The notes beneath the pieces are model-generated. The model was not told the DNA's origin, searched no databases, and was given only the letters and a program-made list of their open reading frames with translations. A stretch of 62,988 nucleotides of DNA, the filler included, from Octopus bimaculoides (Eukaryota): the NCBI RefSeq assembly GCF_001194135.2. It is 7 parts of 6 records of this genome, joined end to end, with 100 filler letters (N's around TTAATTAATTAA, not from the genome) between each part and the next. Parts side by side here need not be neighbours in the genome. Positions count along the whole stretch, not along the records: positions 9,971 to 28,602 come from NC_068993.1; 6 more parts are not named here. One strand, given 5' to 3'. Position numbers and translations under genes: made by a program. Below, one piece after another: positions 15,077 through 28,702 of this stretch. Position 1 is the stretch's first letter. Each line of letters starts with the position of its first letter.

Positions 15077-16799
15077 GAGAGAGAGAGAGAGAAATGGAGA
15101 GAGAGGGAGGGAGAGAGAGAGAGAGAAATATTTGTATACATAAATATACATACGATATGTTGATAATATGTAAATTTCTATATGTACGTACATATATTTC
15201 TATGCATATATATCTGTATGTGTATAACATACATATATGCGTACATCCAGGCCTGTAGACATAGATTCTGACACACAAGCACGCACACACACACACGCAC
15301 ACACGCATATACTCACATGTGTGCATTCATTCGTTCATTCATACATATATATATATATATACACTGATACATACATACATACATACATACATAGGAGCTT
15401 CAGCAAGAAACAGGAATGGTCCAGGAACTTTTCGATTGTGCGGAACTGGAGCTGGTACATTGATGCTTACACTTCAGAGCAGTTAAGAATGAATTTCTAT
15501 GAATGTATGTGTTTTGTATATATATGTATATATATANNNNNNNNNNNNNNNNNNNNNNNNNNNNNNNNNNNNNNNNNNNNNNNNNNNNNNNNNNNNNNNN
15601 NNNNNNNNNNNNNNNNNNNNNNNNNNNNNNNNNNNNNNNNNNNNNNNNNNNNNNNNNNNNNNNNNNNNNNNNNNNNNNNNNNNNNNNNNNNNNNNNNNNN
15701 NNNNNNNNNNNNNNNNNNNNNNNNNNNNNNNNNNNNNNNNNNNNNNNNNNNNNNNNNNNNNNNNNNNNNNNNNNNNNNNNNNNNNNNNNNNNNNNNNNNN
15801 NNNNNNNNNNNNNNNNNNNNNNNNNNNNNNNNNNNNNNNNNNNNNNNNNNNNNNNNNNNNNNNNNNNNNNNNNNNNNNNNNNNNNNNNNNNNNNNNNNNN
15901 NNNNNNNNNNNNNNNNNNNNNNNNNNNNNNNNNNNNNNNNNNNNNNNNNNNNNNNNNNNNNNNNNNNNNNNNNNNNNNNNNNNNNNNNNNNNNNNNNNNN
16001 NNNNNNNNNNNNNNNNNNNNNNNNNNNNNNNNNNNNNNNNNNNNNNNNNNNNNNNNNNNNNNNNNNNNNNNNNNNNNNNNNNNNNNNNNNNNNNNNNNNN
16101 NNNNNNNNNNNNNNNNNNNNNNNNNNNNNNNNNNNNNNNNNNNNNNNNNNNNNNNNNNNNNNNNNNNNNNNNNNNNNNNNNNNNNNNNNNNNNNNNNNNN
16201 NNNNNNNNNNNNNNNNNNNNNNNNNNNNNNNNNNNNNNNNNNNNNNNNNNNNNNNNNNNNNNNNNNNNNNNNNNNNNNNNNNNNNNNNNNNNNNNNNNNN
16301 NNNNNNNNNNNAACCACCACCACCAGCGACACCACCACCACCAACAACACCAACACCACCACCATCACCATCGACGTCGTCATCATCATCATCATCACCA
16401 CCACAACCACCACCACGACTATCGTTATCTTTACGGCCAACACCAATATCAAAATCACCAGCAGCAACAACAGCAGCAAAACAACAACAACAGCAACAAC
16501 CACTTCCACCTCTGCCGCAGCTGCCACCACTTGGGTCTTGGGTATTTTTAGCACAGTTCTAAGCCTTTGAAATAGGTTTCCGGTCCGACGATAACTTGCT
16601 CCCACCGGTACGGAGGGATCTGAAAAAGGTGGGATATGCTTATTGCATTTACACCTTTTCGCTTAACCATAACAGAAAATGGAAAATAACAGGAAAAGGA
16701 AATATTTTAAATTAATAAGAGTTCTTGCTGTAATGTGTGATGCTCAGATTCCATGCTATTCCTTGCTAACTGGAATAGAATGGTTTGGTATCGCATCTG

Positions 16800-17905
16800 A
16801 GTAGAACACTCAGATACGGCACGAAATGATTCTATTCCAGTTGTATGAGGCTCAGCTACCAGATCTTTCTTTACAATTCTATGATAGGCAGCTACATGAT
16901 ATATCTATTTCAACTGTATGATGCTCAACCGATGAGGCATTTCTGGTACAGCAGCATAAGGAATAGATACGATAGATTACTGATATGTGAAGGCACATAG
17001 CTCAGTGGTTAGAATATCGAGCTTGCAATCATGAGGTAGTGAGTTTGATTCCCGGACCAGGCTGTGTGTTGTGCTCTTGAGCAAGGCACTTTATTTCACG
17101 TTGTTGCTCCATTTCACTCAGCTGTAGAAATGAGTTGCGACGTCACTGGTGCCAAGCTGTATCGGCCTTTGCCTTTCCCTTGGATAACATCGGTGGCATG
17201 GAGAAGCCCGGACTTGTGCCACGGAGAGGTGTAATCCCATGGTCACTTGTGACCGAAGGGGTTGGTCCTTCATGTTTCTGAGATACGAAACATTGCTGTC
17301 ACAACTGTGAACGAAACGCTGAGGTTGATAGTTGTATGACGATAAGACAGGAGACATTACTTTTACACTTGTCTGACGCTCCGCTATCACACCTAGTAGT
17401 TACTGATGTATGACGATCAGATACAAGACACTGCTGTTGTAATTGTGTGACGCTCAGCTACCGCACGTTTCTGCTGCAATTGTATAATACTGAAATACAC
17501 AAAACTTTGCAGTTACAGTTATATGACACTCAAATATGAGAAGCTTCTGTTACAGTTATATAACACGGAGATACAAAACCTTGCAGTTATAGTTCTATGT
17601 TACTCATATATGAGACTTTTCTGTCACAGTTTTATAACGCTGAGATACAAAACCTTACGGTTACAGGTGTATGTTACTCAAATACGAGACTTTACTGTTA
17701 CAGTTATTATGATGCTCAACTAGAAGACACTGCTATTACGTTTGTTTGATGCTTAGGTACGAGATGTTGCTGTTACGATCATGTGTGTTAGGTACGATAC
17801 CTTGTTGTGACAGGTGTATTATACTCAGATATAAGACCTTCTTGCTACAAATGTATGACTCTCAGATACAAGAACTTGCTATTCCAGTTGTATGCTGTTC
17901 AAATA
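16800..17905. repeat. Degenerate ~37-bp minisatellite split by a SINE
   Basis: Units resemble tgtatgacgctcagatacaagac..tgctgttacagt. About 15 units at 17335-17905 and about 4 at 16800-16950. Confidence 0.75.
16990..17200 (+). mobile_element. tRNA-derived SINE family 4 (core gtgttcttgagcaaggcactttatttcac)
   Basis: A/B boxes plus the shared core. Related copies at 4912-5135(-), 10215-10420(-), 12320-12560, 39225-39410(-), 41765-41960. Confidence 0.75.
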
Positions 17906-18817
17906 TATTATTTGATGCAAATTAAAGAAACTTAGGAATGGTATCATAATTATTCTGAAGCCAGCAAACCAGCAAAACATTCAACAAAAGCATTTGTCAA
18001 TAAATGTTATAAATATGTGCTAAGTGTGGAGAAGCAACATTTAATTTCCGGATGAGTGGAATCCAAACTTGATTTTGAAGGTCTTTAGAATCCACTTCGC
18101 AATATTCCCTATGGAAAACATGAATAACACATTCTCTTTCTGTATAATTCTAGTATATAAGGTATTTCTGTTCTAAGCAAATCATAATACGGAATTGTAA
18201 CATTGGGAAATTATTGCAGATTCGTTGAGTAAGATTTGGTGGATTAAATTAATGCCAGAACACGACTGGTATTATATTATGGACTCCGGTGGAATGAAAT
18301 GCTAAGTCCGACTTAAGTGACGTTTCATCTCATAATGCAAACTAAATACCGGAAAGCATTTTTTTTCTCTGGCCACTTCACAGATCTTTCATAAACATAT
18401 AAAAAAGATACCATTGTATCATTGAATTGATTTTGTCATTCAATTCCGTATGAGTGCATGATTTGATCCCAGTACTGTGAATTAACAAGACACTAAAGCG
18501 TCAATGAAGAATCCTCTACGTGATCACTCGACCTGCTAGATATAGCAACCATTTCTCAATAAAGCATTACCTTACTCTATTGAGAAAGAGCACATGGGAT
18601 AATCTAATGTGGATTACATTATTGGAATCCTTTTGATCATAGAATAGCTCTAGCACGATTAGCTTCGAGCTAAACTACAATTACATTCAAAATACTCTTA
18701 CAAATCTCTTCTTGGTTAAATCTGTAGTTAGTATTCTCTGGAATGGTTAGGTTTTCGTAGTTTTAACAGCTCCAATTCTGCTGTTTCCACTTAATTTTTA
18801 AAAAAGTGATGACATAG

Positions 18818-18995
18818 GGTGTAGGAGTGGCTGTGTGGTAAGTAGCTTGCTTACAAACCACATGGTTCCGGGTTCAGTCCCACTGCGTGGCACCTTGGGC
18901 AAGTGTCTTCTACTATAGCCTCGGGCCGACCAAAGCCTTGTGAGTGGATTTGATAGACGGAAACTGAAAGAAGCCCGTCGTATATATGTATATAT

Positions 18996-19042
<47 letters not shown>

Positions 19043-19256
19043 TGTGTGTGTATGCATGTGTGTGTATATGTTTGTCCCCCAACATCGCTTGACAACCGAT
19101 GCTGGTGTGTTTACGTCCCCGTAAATTAGCGGTTCGGCAAAAGATACCGATAGAATAAGTACTAGGCATACAAAGAATAAGTCATGGGGTCGATTTGCTC
19201 GACTAAAAGCGGTGCTCCAGCATGGCCGCAGTCAACTGACTGAAACAAGTAAAAAA
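18818..19256 (+). mobile_element. tRNA-derived SINE family 1 (most abundant); full copy
   Basis: Head gg(c/t)gtaggagtggctgtgtggtaag, B-box gggttcagtcc, internal (TA)n/(TG)n, tail gtcaa.tgactgaaacaagtaaaa. Near-identical copy at 42453-42845; partial copies at 7365-7452(-), 8340-8435, 30865-31110, 33727-34045(-), 40410-40485, 42020-42190, 61045-61190(-). Confidence 0.9.
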
Positions 19257-19869
19257 GTACTCGTCATAAAACAAAATACAATACGTGGGTAGCTATTATC
19301 GCATAACTAAGTACAGTCTTCTTGCTAATGAAACAACATATACCACATCATTATACCCACTAGCCTCTGTCACATCGCCTTAACTATTACCACAAAAGTT
19401 CAGCTATTATGAAACTGGACAAGATGTTTTGTCTTCCAAACTGAAACCGAATTTTCTACAAGAGAGTCTCTCTCAACCATGCACATACCTATTTGCCTTG
19501 GTACTACATGTAACACTGTTATAGATAAAGCTATTGTATTCTCCCTCGATTTGTTTCTAATTCTTTTCTGCACGCACTTAACAAAACTCTTTTTCTATTA
19601 CGTCCTCCATTTTTGGCGGCAGACAGTTACGTATATACAGTCTCCAATGGCGAACGCCTCTGCAAATCATTCCACCCACCAACAAGATAACTAGTTCTGT
19701 GACGATGTCCCTTTTATTATCCCTACTACTATTAAGAGATATCTTTCTATCGCTATCACATTCTTCACTCTTTCACTACTTCCCCCTCTCTCACTCTCTC
19801 GCCCTGTCTTTCTTTCTCTCCGTCTGTTGCCCTCTCTCAATCTCCCTCTCTTACCAAAGATCTAATACT

Positions 19870-20450
19870 CACATCTGAAAATTCGCGACAGTATGTTGCA
19901 TTCTCAATACGGGAAATTCTTTGATCCAGTCATCAATCAACATATCGCGCTTAATTACAGCATGTAAAAGTCCCATGAATACGGTCATAAACATTCTCCT
20001 TTCTATCACAATCAGTCTTCTTTTGTTCGTATTGAATAACTGCACGGCTTAGCGACTACCTGTACGGCTTCTGTTGAGCTAGACCAAACAGTGGCATCGG
20101 CTCTTACGTCACACACTGTTGGCTTTTTACCGTCAAGAATTTTTATAATATCGTTCAATATCGATCTCTTCAACATCAGCAAATACTTTGAATCCATTTG
20201 GTATGAGAGCCTCTTAACTAAGTTACCCAAATATGTTATCTAACGTTTCTCATCGCTAGACTGCTCATACGCAGCATGCATGGATGGGACTGTCCATCCA
20301 CCATAATATCACCTCTGGTGTAAGTCAAAGTTCGGTAGTATCTTCCACAATTCTCTGTCTCTGCACATGAATGACTTTAATATCGTTACCTGTAGTAACA
20401 GCGTACAGACAGCCGCCACTCGCGAGCGAGTATGGCTTGGTCATATGAAT
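19870..20450 (+). mobile_element. Old Jockey/I-group LINE RT relic
   Basis: LSDYLYGF; NISKYFESIWYESLLTKLPKY (cf. DISKAFD.VWH.ALL.KLP.Y); ITSGVSQSSVVS (cf. INSGVPQGSVLS). Confidence 0.65.
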
Positions 20451-20828
20451 CATGCCTTCGTTAATAGAGGGTATTTATGCCTAAGCAGTAGCATGAAAGT
20501 GTAGATAGCCTGTCAGTCCTCTTACCCTTGTTTCCATGGCACATCTCAAATGCAACAAGGAAAGAGAGCTGCAACAGCACCCGGCTGGTACTCATTAACA
20601 GCTAAGTAGTTTACAGAAACGTGAAAACATGAAGTGCTTTGTCCAAGGACATAATGCGTTTGCCGGCTCAAGAACTGAACCTATAACGTTATGCTTATAG
20701 TCTGAACTAGTTATCTACTAGGCCACCCGCAGTGACATCGATACCTCTAACTACGTAAACACTACACGTATGGTGTCACTCTTCATTCCTCCTTTAATTT
20801 CGGCTTATAAACTGTATCTACACATATA

Positions 20829-22110
20829 CAAGATGCATTGTAGAGGCGCAATGGCCCAGTGGTTAGAGTAGCAGACTCGCAGTCGTAGGATCGCGGTTTC
20901 GATTCTCAGACCGGGCGTTGTGAGTGTTTATTGAGCGAAAACACCTAAGGCTCCACGAGGCTCCGGCAGGGGATGGTGGCGAACCCTGCTGTACTCTTCC
21001 ACTACAACTTTCTCTCACTCTTACTTCCTGTTTCTGTTGTGCCTGTAATTCAAAGGGTCAGCCTTGTCACACTGTGTCACGCTGAATATCCCCGAGAACT
21101 ACGTTAAGGGTATACGTGTCTGTGGAGTGCTCAGCCACTTGCACGTTAATTTCACGAGCAGGCTGTTCCGTTGATCGGATCAACTGGAACCCTCGACGTC
21201 GTAAGCGACGGAGTGCCAACAACAAGAAGATGCATTCCAGGAAGTTTTCAAACTTTTTCAGGAGAGACATTTATTAATGACAAGGAATGACAGATCTCTA
21301 ATCTCCTTTAAAGTAGGGTTCTCCGATTTCATTGCACTTATTGTAGCGCTCCAACCAATTCATGAAGGCCCCATGGAAGTCCTCCAAATTGACGGTGCCC
21401 AGGATCCTTGTCACAGCCTCTTTCATCTTCAAAACGACTGCTCTTCAGCTTAGGGAACAATTGAAAGTTACAGCGAGCAAGGTCTGAATTGTAGGGAGGT
21501 TGAAGGACTGTTTTGATGTCAAGTAATTCGATACCAGGAAGCTTGTCACTGTATACCCTGGAAACAAACTTTGTACACATTTTGCGCATATTCAGATTTT
21601 CATGAATAATTTCTGTGTACAATTGCCACATACACTGCAAACTGTATTGTCTTTATTGTCTTTATAGCCATATGACGGTTTCCATCCGGAGAATTTCTCA
21701 GTCAGACCTGATGTTCCGATGTCTCTCTTCCTTTCACTTCACTCATCATCTCTCAACTCCTCTCTACCGTTTTTGAACCTTTTGTGTCAGCAGAAAATGT
21801 TATTCCATGAGGAATCTGGAGCATTTCATAAGTTTCTATACCATTCTTGCCCAGTTTAAAACAAAACTTTATTGCATGACGCGCTTCCAAAAGCTCCGAT
21901 TGCATTCTGCAAAATAATTCAGCTGCGACAATCTGAGTATGTTCAAAGTGCTCGTACAGCCATCTCCTTCGATCTGGAATAACGAAAGTCGGCAGGTCAG
22001 CTTATTAGATGCATAGTAACAATATACTGAAATTACAGAAACCTAAGCCAATTATATCTGCTTCTTGAAAAAAAAAAAAAAACGTTTCAAAACTTCTGGA
22101 ATACATCTCG
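20829..22110 (-). mobile_element. mariner relic with both TIRs (TA-flanked), SINE inserted in one TIR
   Basis: ta-caagatgcattcc..ggaatacatctcg-ta. Minus-strand transposase remnants include IHENLNMRKMCTKFV and PPYNSDLARCNFQLFPKLK. Confidence 0.75.
20840..21226 (+). mobile_element. tRNA(Arg)-like SINE (OR-type by inference) with a 10-bp TSD; second copy at 38095-38463
   Basis: ggcgcaatggcccagtggttag..ctcgc..gtttcgattc. TSD aagatgcatt at 20830-39 and 21227-36. Confidence 0.85.
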
Positions 22111-23374
22111 TATCAAAGGAATTAATCATGAATTACATTCTTATTATTCCATGTTTTCAAAATGCAAAACTGACCTCAAACTTTAAGTTTCACGATGTAT
22201 GATCATCATTCATAATAATGACATCACACATGTGCTCCACACACGCACACNNNNNNNNNNNNNNNNNNNNNNNNNNNNNNNNNNNNNNNNNNNNNNNNNN
22301 NNNNNNNNNNNNNNNNNNNNNNNNNNNNNNNNNNNNNNNNNNNNNNNNNNNNNNNNNNNNNNNNNNNNNNNNNNNNNNNNNNNNNNNNNNNNNNNNNNNN
22401 NNNNNNNNNNNNNNNNNNNNNNNNNNNNNNNNNNATTGCCAAAACTGCAACCCAAAGGTTTGCTTCCTTTTCACTCCTCTGACCAATTACAGGTCATCGA
22501 CGAAGGGCAGTTGCTCTATAAATAAAAATACAGATCACATAGCTGGACAGGGCTGGTGCTTACACGCACTCCCAATCTAGACTTCATCTGTAAAAAGAAA
22601 TAAAATTAAAAAAAAGAATAAATAAAAGCCATTCAGCTGAGTGGTAGATATAATCACTAACGCTTAACAATTGCTAGCTGTTTCTGTTATTGTCCACATG
22701 TATTGCTACAGCAACGCCCTCTATTTATGTGAACCTGTAACCTTCATCCATCAATTCTCTTTATTCCTTCACATGTTCAGCATTTTGTTTTCTCCTGTAG
22801 AAGTTCAGTTTGAGCATCAACTCCATTTTCGACGTTAATCACTAAATTTTCACAACGGTCATTGCTGCATAATTGCAATCATTGCACAGAGAGTCTATCC
22901 TGTATTTAGCTGCAGATAGATTATCTTTCCGGACTGGGAAACTTTTCAGCCATTTTCTGGCATTTTCAATTATCGTTTGTTTCAGACAAAAATAATTATC
23001 TAAACATATTGGTTCATTATACCGTATTCCGTTATGTGTAACTTTTTTTGTTCTCTTTCACAGTCGTCGTCTTTCCCATGTCTCTCTGTAAACATATATG
23101 CTTCTATCTTTATCTCTCTCTCTTTCTATACGTATAATATATATATATATATATATATGTACGCATGTATGTATGTATGTATGTATGTATGCATGTATGT
23201 ATGTATGTATGGATATATACATATACATTTACATACATATATACATACATATATATAGATAGACAGATATAGATATATACATATACAAATACATACATAT
23301 ATATATACATATATATATGCATATATATAGATAGACATATAGATATATACATACATATACATGCGTACATACAT

Positions 23375-23417
<43 letters not shown>

Positions 23418-24537
23418 NNNNNNNNNNNNNNNNNNNNNNNNNNNNNNNNNNNNNNNNNNNNNNNNNNNNNNNNNNNNNNNNNNNNNNNNNNNNNNNNNNN
23501 NNNNNNNNNNNNNNNNNNNNNNNNNNNNNNNNNNNNNNNNNNNNNNNNNNNNNNNNNNNNNNNNNNNNNNNNNNNNNNNNNNNNNNNNNNNNNNNNNNNN
23601 NNNNNNNNNNNNNNNNNNNNNNNNNNNNNNNNNNNNNNNNNNNNNNNNNNNNNNNNNNNNNNNNNNNNNNNNNNNNNNNNNNNNNNNNNNNNNNNNNNNN
23701 NNNNNNNNNNNNNNNNNNNNNNNNNNNNNNNNNNNNNNNNNNNNNNNNNNNNNNNNNNNNNNNNNNNNNNNNNNNNNNNNNNNNNNNNNNNNNNNNNNNN
23801 NNNNNNNNNNNNNNNNNNNNNNNNNNNNNNNNNNNNNNNNNNNNNNNNNNNNNNNNNNNNNNNNNNNNNNNNNNNNNNNNNNNNNNNNNNNNNNNNNNNN
23901 NNNNNNNNNNNNNNNNNNNNNNNNNNNNNNNNNNNNNNNNNNNNNNNNNNNNNNNNNNNNNNNNNNNNNNNNNNNNNNNNNNNNNNNNNNNNNNNNNNNN
24001 NNNNNNNNNNNNNNNNNNNNNNNNNNNNNNNNNNNNNNNNNNNNNNNNNNNNNNNNNNNNNNNNNNNNNNNNNNCTTGATCTTCAGTCATTTTGGAAGAC
24101 TGCTACTCCCTCACCTGCGAACGGTTTAATCTGCAAAATCAAGGCAACCGCTTATTTAGTGTTTTAAAGTCTTCTATTCATTCTATCGGTCTTTTGCCAA
24201 ACCGCTAGTTTATGATTGCGTAAACAAGTTGGTGCCAAACATAATACACTGCACTCCTTTGGACTATGTTAGCAAGAGAGGAATCCTGGCGATTGGGCTA
24301 CCCAAGATTTTATTACATCTAGCCCAGGCCTGCGCAAAACTGGAGAAGAAACTGGAGAGGACATGAAATGTAGAATCCAGACTGGATTAGTTTATGCGCA
24401 ACTCCATTGTCTCCCGAGACAAAAGGATGCCTACAACAACAACAACAATAATCTGGATAGAGTAGCTGTAGATTCCTTAATAGTTCAGAGTAGGTATTCA
24501 TCTTCGCTGATCGACCGCTGGGCAGCTGATTTGTATG

Positions 24538-24570
<33 letters not shown>

Positions 24571-25190
24571 GTATATGTATGTATGCATGTATGTGTGTAT
24601 GTTAGCAGTTAGACACTTGGACAGCTGTTGACATGCACTCATACATACGCATGTACACATATGCATATGCACATACATGTACATACACATACATACATAC
24701 ATACGTACATACATACATACATATATACATACATGCATACATGCATGCATGCATACATACATACATACATACATACATACATACATTTTGTCGGAGAACG
24801 AGTCGCGGTCTCAAAGCGGCGAAAATATTTTGGCAAATTAAATTAAAACGTTGAAGTGAATCTAACGGTTTTTGCGTGTTTTTTAAATGGCTTATAAACA
24901 CCCTCCACGCTGCAAAATATATAAACTTATACCTAAATAAATATATACATAAAACAAAAGCGTCGGCAACTCAACGGCTAACTAACATGATGTATTTCCA
25001 TTCGATTGTCTTTCCTTTAGTTATATTACTAGTTTCTTCTTTAAAATTCTTATCCTCAAACTTTCCGGCCTTATGAAGAAAGGCAACATTACTGTATGCG
25101 TTGGCATTTGTGCCACTCGGCACTGATTCCAATTATTACCAGCATAGCTTTCACCAGTTGATAATCTTGGTGATAAAGAATGAAGTTACA

Positions 25191-25270
<80 letters not shown>
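25191..25270. repeat. (AAT)n microsatellite, representative of the many (TA)n, (CA)n, (TACA)n, (GA)n, (GATA)n and trinucleotide arrays
   Basis: Directly read. Confidence 0.95.
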
Positions 25271-25273
<3 letters not shown>

Positions 25274-25876
25274 TGATGATGATGATGAAGATGATGAAGA
25301 CGATAAATAAATGAATAAATAAATAAATAAATGAATGAATAAATAGATAAAAATAGTAAATAAATTATAATAAATAAATAGATATACAAAGTGGAAATTC
25401 TATAGGTTTGAGATGTTGACACCAATTTTTTTGTTTGTTGTTTTCGTTTTTAGTGTGTTTCTGTTTTTGTTTTCAACCGTGTTTTTTGTCTTTTTTTCTG
25501 CTTTGTTGTTGTGTCAAACAAGTTGCGTACGAGTTTTTGAAAAATATAGAAATAATTAAACCTCCAAGATGCAGATCAGATAATTGTGCGCGTATGTGTG
25601 TGTGTTTGTGCCTCTGTGTGCGTAAGTGTGTGTGTGTGATTGTTTGTGCATGTGTGTATGGACATTTGTGTCTGTGTATGTGTGTATATGTTTGTATGTG
25701 TGTTTGTATATATATATATATATATAGAAACATATTCACATATACATGTACATGCGTATACATATACATGACATGCCTGCATAAAATTATAAGCATATAC
25801 ATATATACACACACGCGTACATATATACTATATACATATATTCTTGTGTGTGTGTGCATTATATATACACACACAC

Positions 25877-25911
<35 letters not shown>

Positions 25912-26139
25912 ACGTTTGCATTCTTCTTCTTTTAAAGGCGGTGAGCTGGCAGAATCGTTAGCACGCCGGACGAAATGCTTAGCGGCATTTCGTCCGTCTG
26001 CACGTTCTGAGTTCAGATTCTACCGAGGTCTTCTTTGCCTTCCATGTTGAGTACTGGAGTCGACGTAATCGATTCTTCCTCTCCTTCAAATTTAAGGAGA
26101 GGATTATTATTATTATTATTATTATTCTTTTAGGTGTGG

Positions 26140-26373
26140 CTGTTTGATAAGAAACTTGCTTCCCAGCCACATCGTTGCAGGTGCAGCCCCACTCTGTGGT
26201 ACCTAGGGTACACATCGTTGCAGGCGCAGTACCGCACCGTGGCACCTAGGGTACGCATCATTGCAGGTGCAGTCACACTCCGTGGCACCTAGGGTAAGTG
26301 TCATCTACAAAACCTCGATCCGACCAAAATATTGTGAATGGATTTGGTCGACGGAAACTGAAAGAAGTCCGTC

Positions 26374-26424
<51 letters not shown>

Positions 26425-26605
26425 CACTGCTTTACAACCGGGTTTGGTGTGTTTATGTCCTGTAACCTAGCGGTTCGGCAAAATAGATCGATAGAGTAAG
26501 TACCAGGCGTAGAAAAAAAACAAAACATTAGTCGATTTATTTTACTAAAAAATTCTTCAAGGCGGTGCCCCAGTATGGCCGCAGTCAATGATCGAGACAA
26601 GTTAA
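26140..26605 (+). mobile_element. SINE family 1 copy with a triplicated 43-bp B-box segment
   Basis: Units 26168-26210, 26211-26253 and 26254-26296 (cacatcgttgcagg..gtggcacctagggta). Confidence 0.8.
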
Positions 26606-27540
26606 CGNNNNNNNNNNNNNNNNNNNNNNNNNNNNNNNNNNNNNNNNNNNNNNNNNNNNNNNNNNNNNNNNNNNNNNNNNNNNNNNNNNNNNNNNNNNNN
26701 NNNNNNNNNNNNNNNNNNNNNNNNNNNNNNNNNNNNNNNNNNNNNNNNNNNNNNNNNNNNNNNNNNNNNNNNNNNNNNNNNNNNNNNNNNNNNNNNNNNN
26801 NNNNNNNNNNNNNNNNNNNNNNNNNNNNNNNNNNNNNNNNNNNNNNNNNNNNNNNNNNNNNNNNNNNNNNNNNNNNNNNNNNNNNNNNNNNNNNNNNNNN
26901 NNNNNNNNNNNNNNNNNNNNNNNNNNNNNNNNNNNNNNNNNNNNNNNNNNNNNNNNNNNNNNNNNNNNNNNNNNNNNNNNNNNNNNNNNNNNNNNNNNNN
27001 NNNNNNNNNNNNNNNNNNNNNNNNNNNNNNNNNNNNNNNNNNNNNNNNNNNNNNNNNNNNNNNNNNNNNNNNNNNNNNNNNNNNNNNNNNNNNNNNNNNN
27101 NNNNNNNNNNNNNNNNNNNNNNNNNNNNNNNNNNNNNNNNNNNNNNNNNNNNNNNNNNNNNNNNNNNNNNNNNNNNNNNNNNNNNNNNNNNNNNNNNNNN
27201 NNNNNNNNNNNNNNNNNNNNNNNNNNNNNNNNNNNNNNNNNNNNNNNNNNNNNNNNNNNNNNNNNNNNNNNNNNNNNNNNNNNNNNNNNNNNNNNNNNNN
27301 NNNNNNNNNNNNNNNNNNNNNNNNNNNNNNNNNNNNNNNNNNNNNNNNNNNNNNNNNNNNNNNNNNNNNNNNNNNNNNNNNNNNNNNNNNNNNNNNNNNN
27401 NNNNNNNNNNNNNNNNNNNNNNNNNNNNNNNNNNNNNNNNNNNNNNNNNNNNNNNTGCACCGTTTTACACTATTCACTATCTCCACCTCTCTCTCTTTCT
27501 CTCTCCCTATCTATCAATCTAGTTACCAGTCTATCTGTCT

Positions 27541-27640
27541 ATCTGTTTGTCTCTCTGTCTATCTGTTTGTCTCTCTGTCTATCTGTTTGTCTCTCTGTCT
27601 ATCTGTTTGTCTCTCTGTCTATCTGTTTGTCTCTCTGTCT
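27541..27640. repeat. Five exact copies of a 20-bp unit
   Basis: (atctgtttgtctctctgtct)5. Confidence 0.95.
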
Positions 27641-28166
27641 TCTGTCTATTGTCCTTCAATAGATAGATAGATGGACAGACATAGATTATCTATCAATCAA
27701 TCAACCAATCTATCTATCTATCTATCTTTCACTATATCTGGATTGCTATCCTCCCCTTCTGTCTCTTTTAAACTATTTTCTTTCTTTCCCCTCTCACTTT
27801 CTCTTAAACATAGTCACACAGGTACACACACACACACACACACTCCCTTTCTCTCTCTCCCTTTCTCTCTCTCCCTTTCTCTCTCTCCCTTTCTCTCTCT
27901 CCCTCCCTCTCTCTCTCTCTCTGCCCTTTCTGACCTTTATTATCCTATCGTGTAAATCCAAATGATTACACATTACACCAAACGAGGCTGTGAAAGTTAG
28001 CATCACCATCCCGCCTCACACATGGGTCTCACGGCAGCAGCAGCAGCAGCGGCAGTGGTAGTAGTAGTAGTAGTAGTAGTAACAACACCAGTGGTAGTGA
28101 TAACAATAGTGGTAATGGTATTAGTAGGGGTAGTAGCAACAGCAGCAACAGCAGCAGCGGTGGTAA

Positions 28167-28207
<41 letters not shown>

Positions 28208-28468
28208 ATGGCTAAAGTATTAGTAATAATAGTGATATTAGTATTAGTAGTAGTAATAGTAAAGATGGCCGTGGTAGTAGTAGTGGTCGTGGCTCTATTA
28301 TTATTAATATTAGTAGTAGTAGTAGTAGTGGTAGTAGTAGCAACAGAAATGGTGGTGCAATTAGCAGAAGTAGTAGCGTTGGTGGTGGTATTATTATTAG
28401 CTGTAGTTGCTGCAGTGGTAATTGTAGTGTTAGTGGTAGTGCTAATAGTGGTATTAGTGTTGTTGTGG

Positions 28469-28518
<50 letters not shown>

Positions 28519-28702
28519 GGTGGTGGCGGCGGTGGTAGTTGCAGACGTGGTCGAATGGAGATTATGGTAAGTTTTAATTTGAGGGACTTTGGCCGCTGTT
28601 TCNNNNNNNNNNNNNNNNNNNNNNNNNNNNNNNNNNNNNNNNNNNNTTAATTAATTAANNNNNNNNNNNNNNNNNNNNNNNNNNNNNNNNNNNNNNNNNN
28701 NN

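Noticed and set aside
47-16630. Chain of small candidate exons of an unidentified gene (e.g. 2601-2690, 9087-9150, 14228-14290, 15395-15504, 16575-16627)
   Set aside because: Several frames and both strands are equally open, many donors fall in microsatellites, and no homology was recognised; such frames arise by chance.
16800-17905. CRISPR-like periodicity (~37 bp)
   Set aside because: Units are contiguous and degenerate with no repeat-spacer alternation, there are no cas genes, and the context is eukaryotic.
20012-20230. Minus-strand ORF that looked like an exon (GAC|gtaaga donor)
   Set aside because: The opposite strand is a recognisable LINE RT relic, which explains the open frame.
20840-20920. 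tRNA genes (here and at other A/B-box heads)
   Set aside because: Acceptor stems are not intact and each head continues into a multi-copy SINE body.
24230-24530. ~70-codon open frame with poly-Asn
   Set aside because: The (AAC)n tract looks like a retroelement 3' tail and no domain was recognised; unresolved, not supportable as CDS.
28022-28570. 182-aa poly-Val ORF; similar poly-Leu/Pro ORF at 13231-13488 and poly-His/Thr ORFs at 16311-16560
   Set aside because: Mixed trinucleotide microsatellites with no domain content or convincing splice context.
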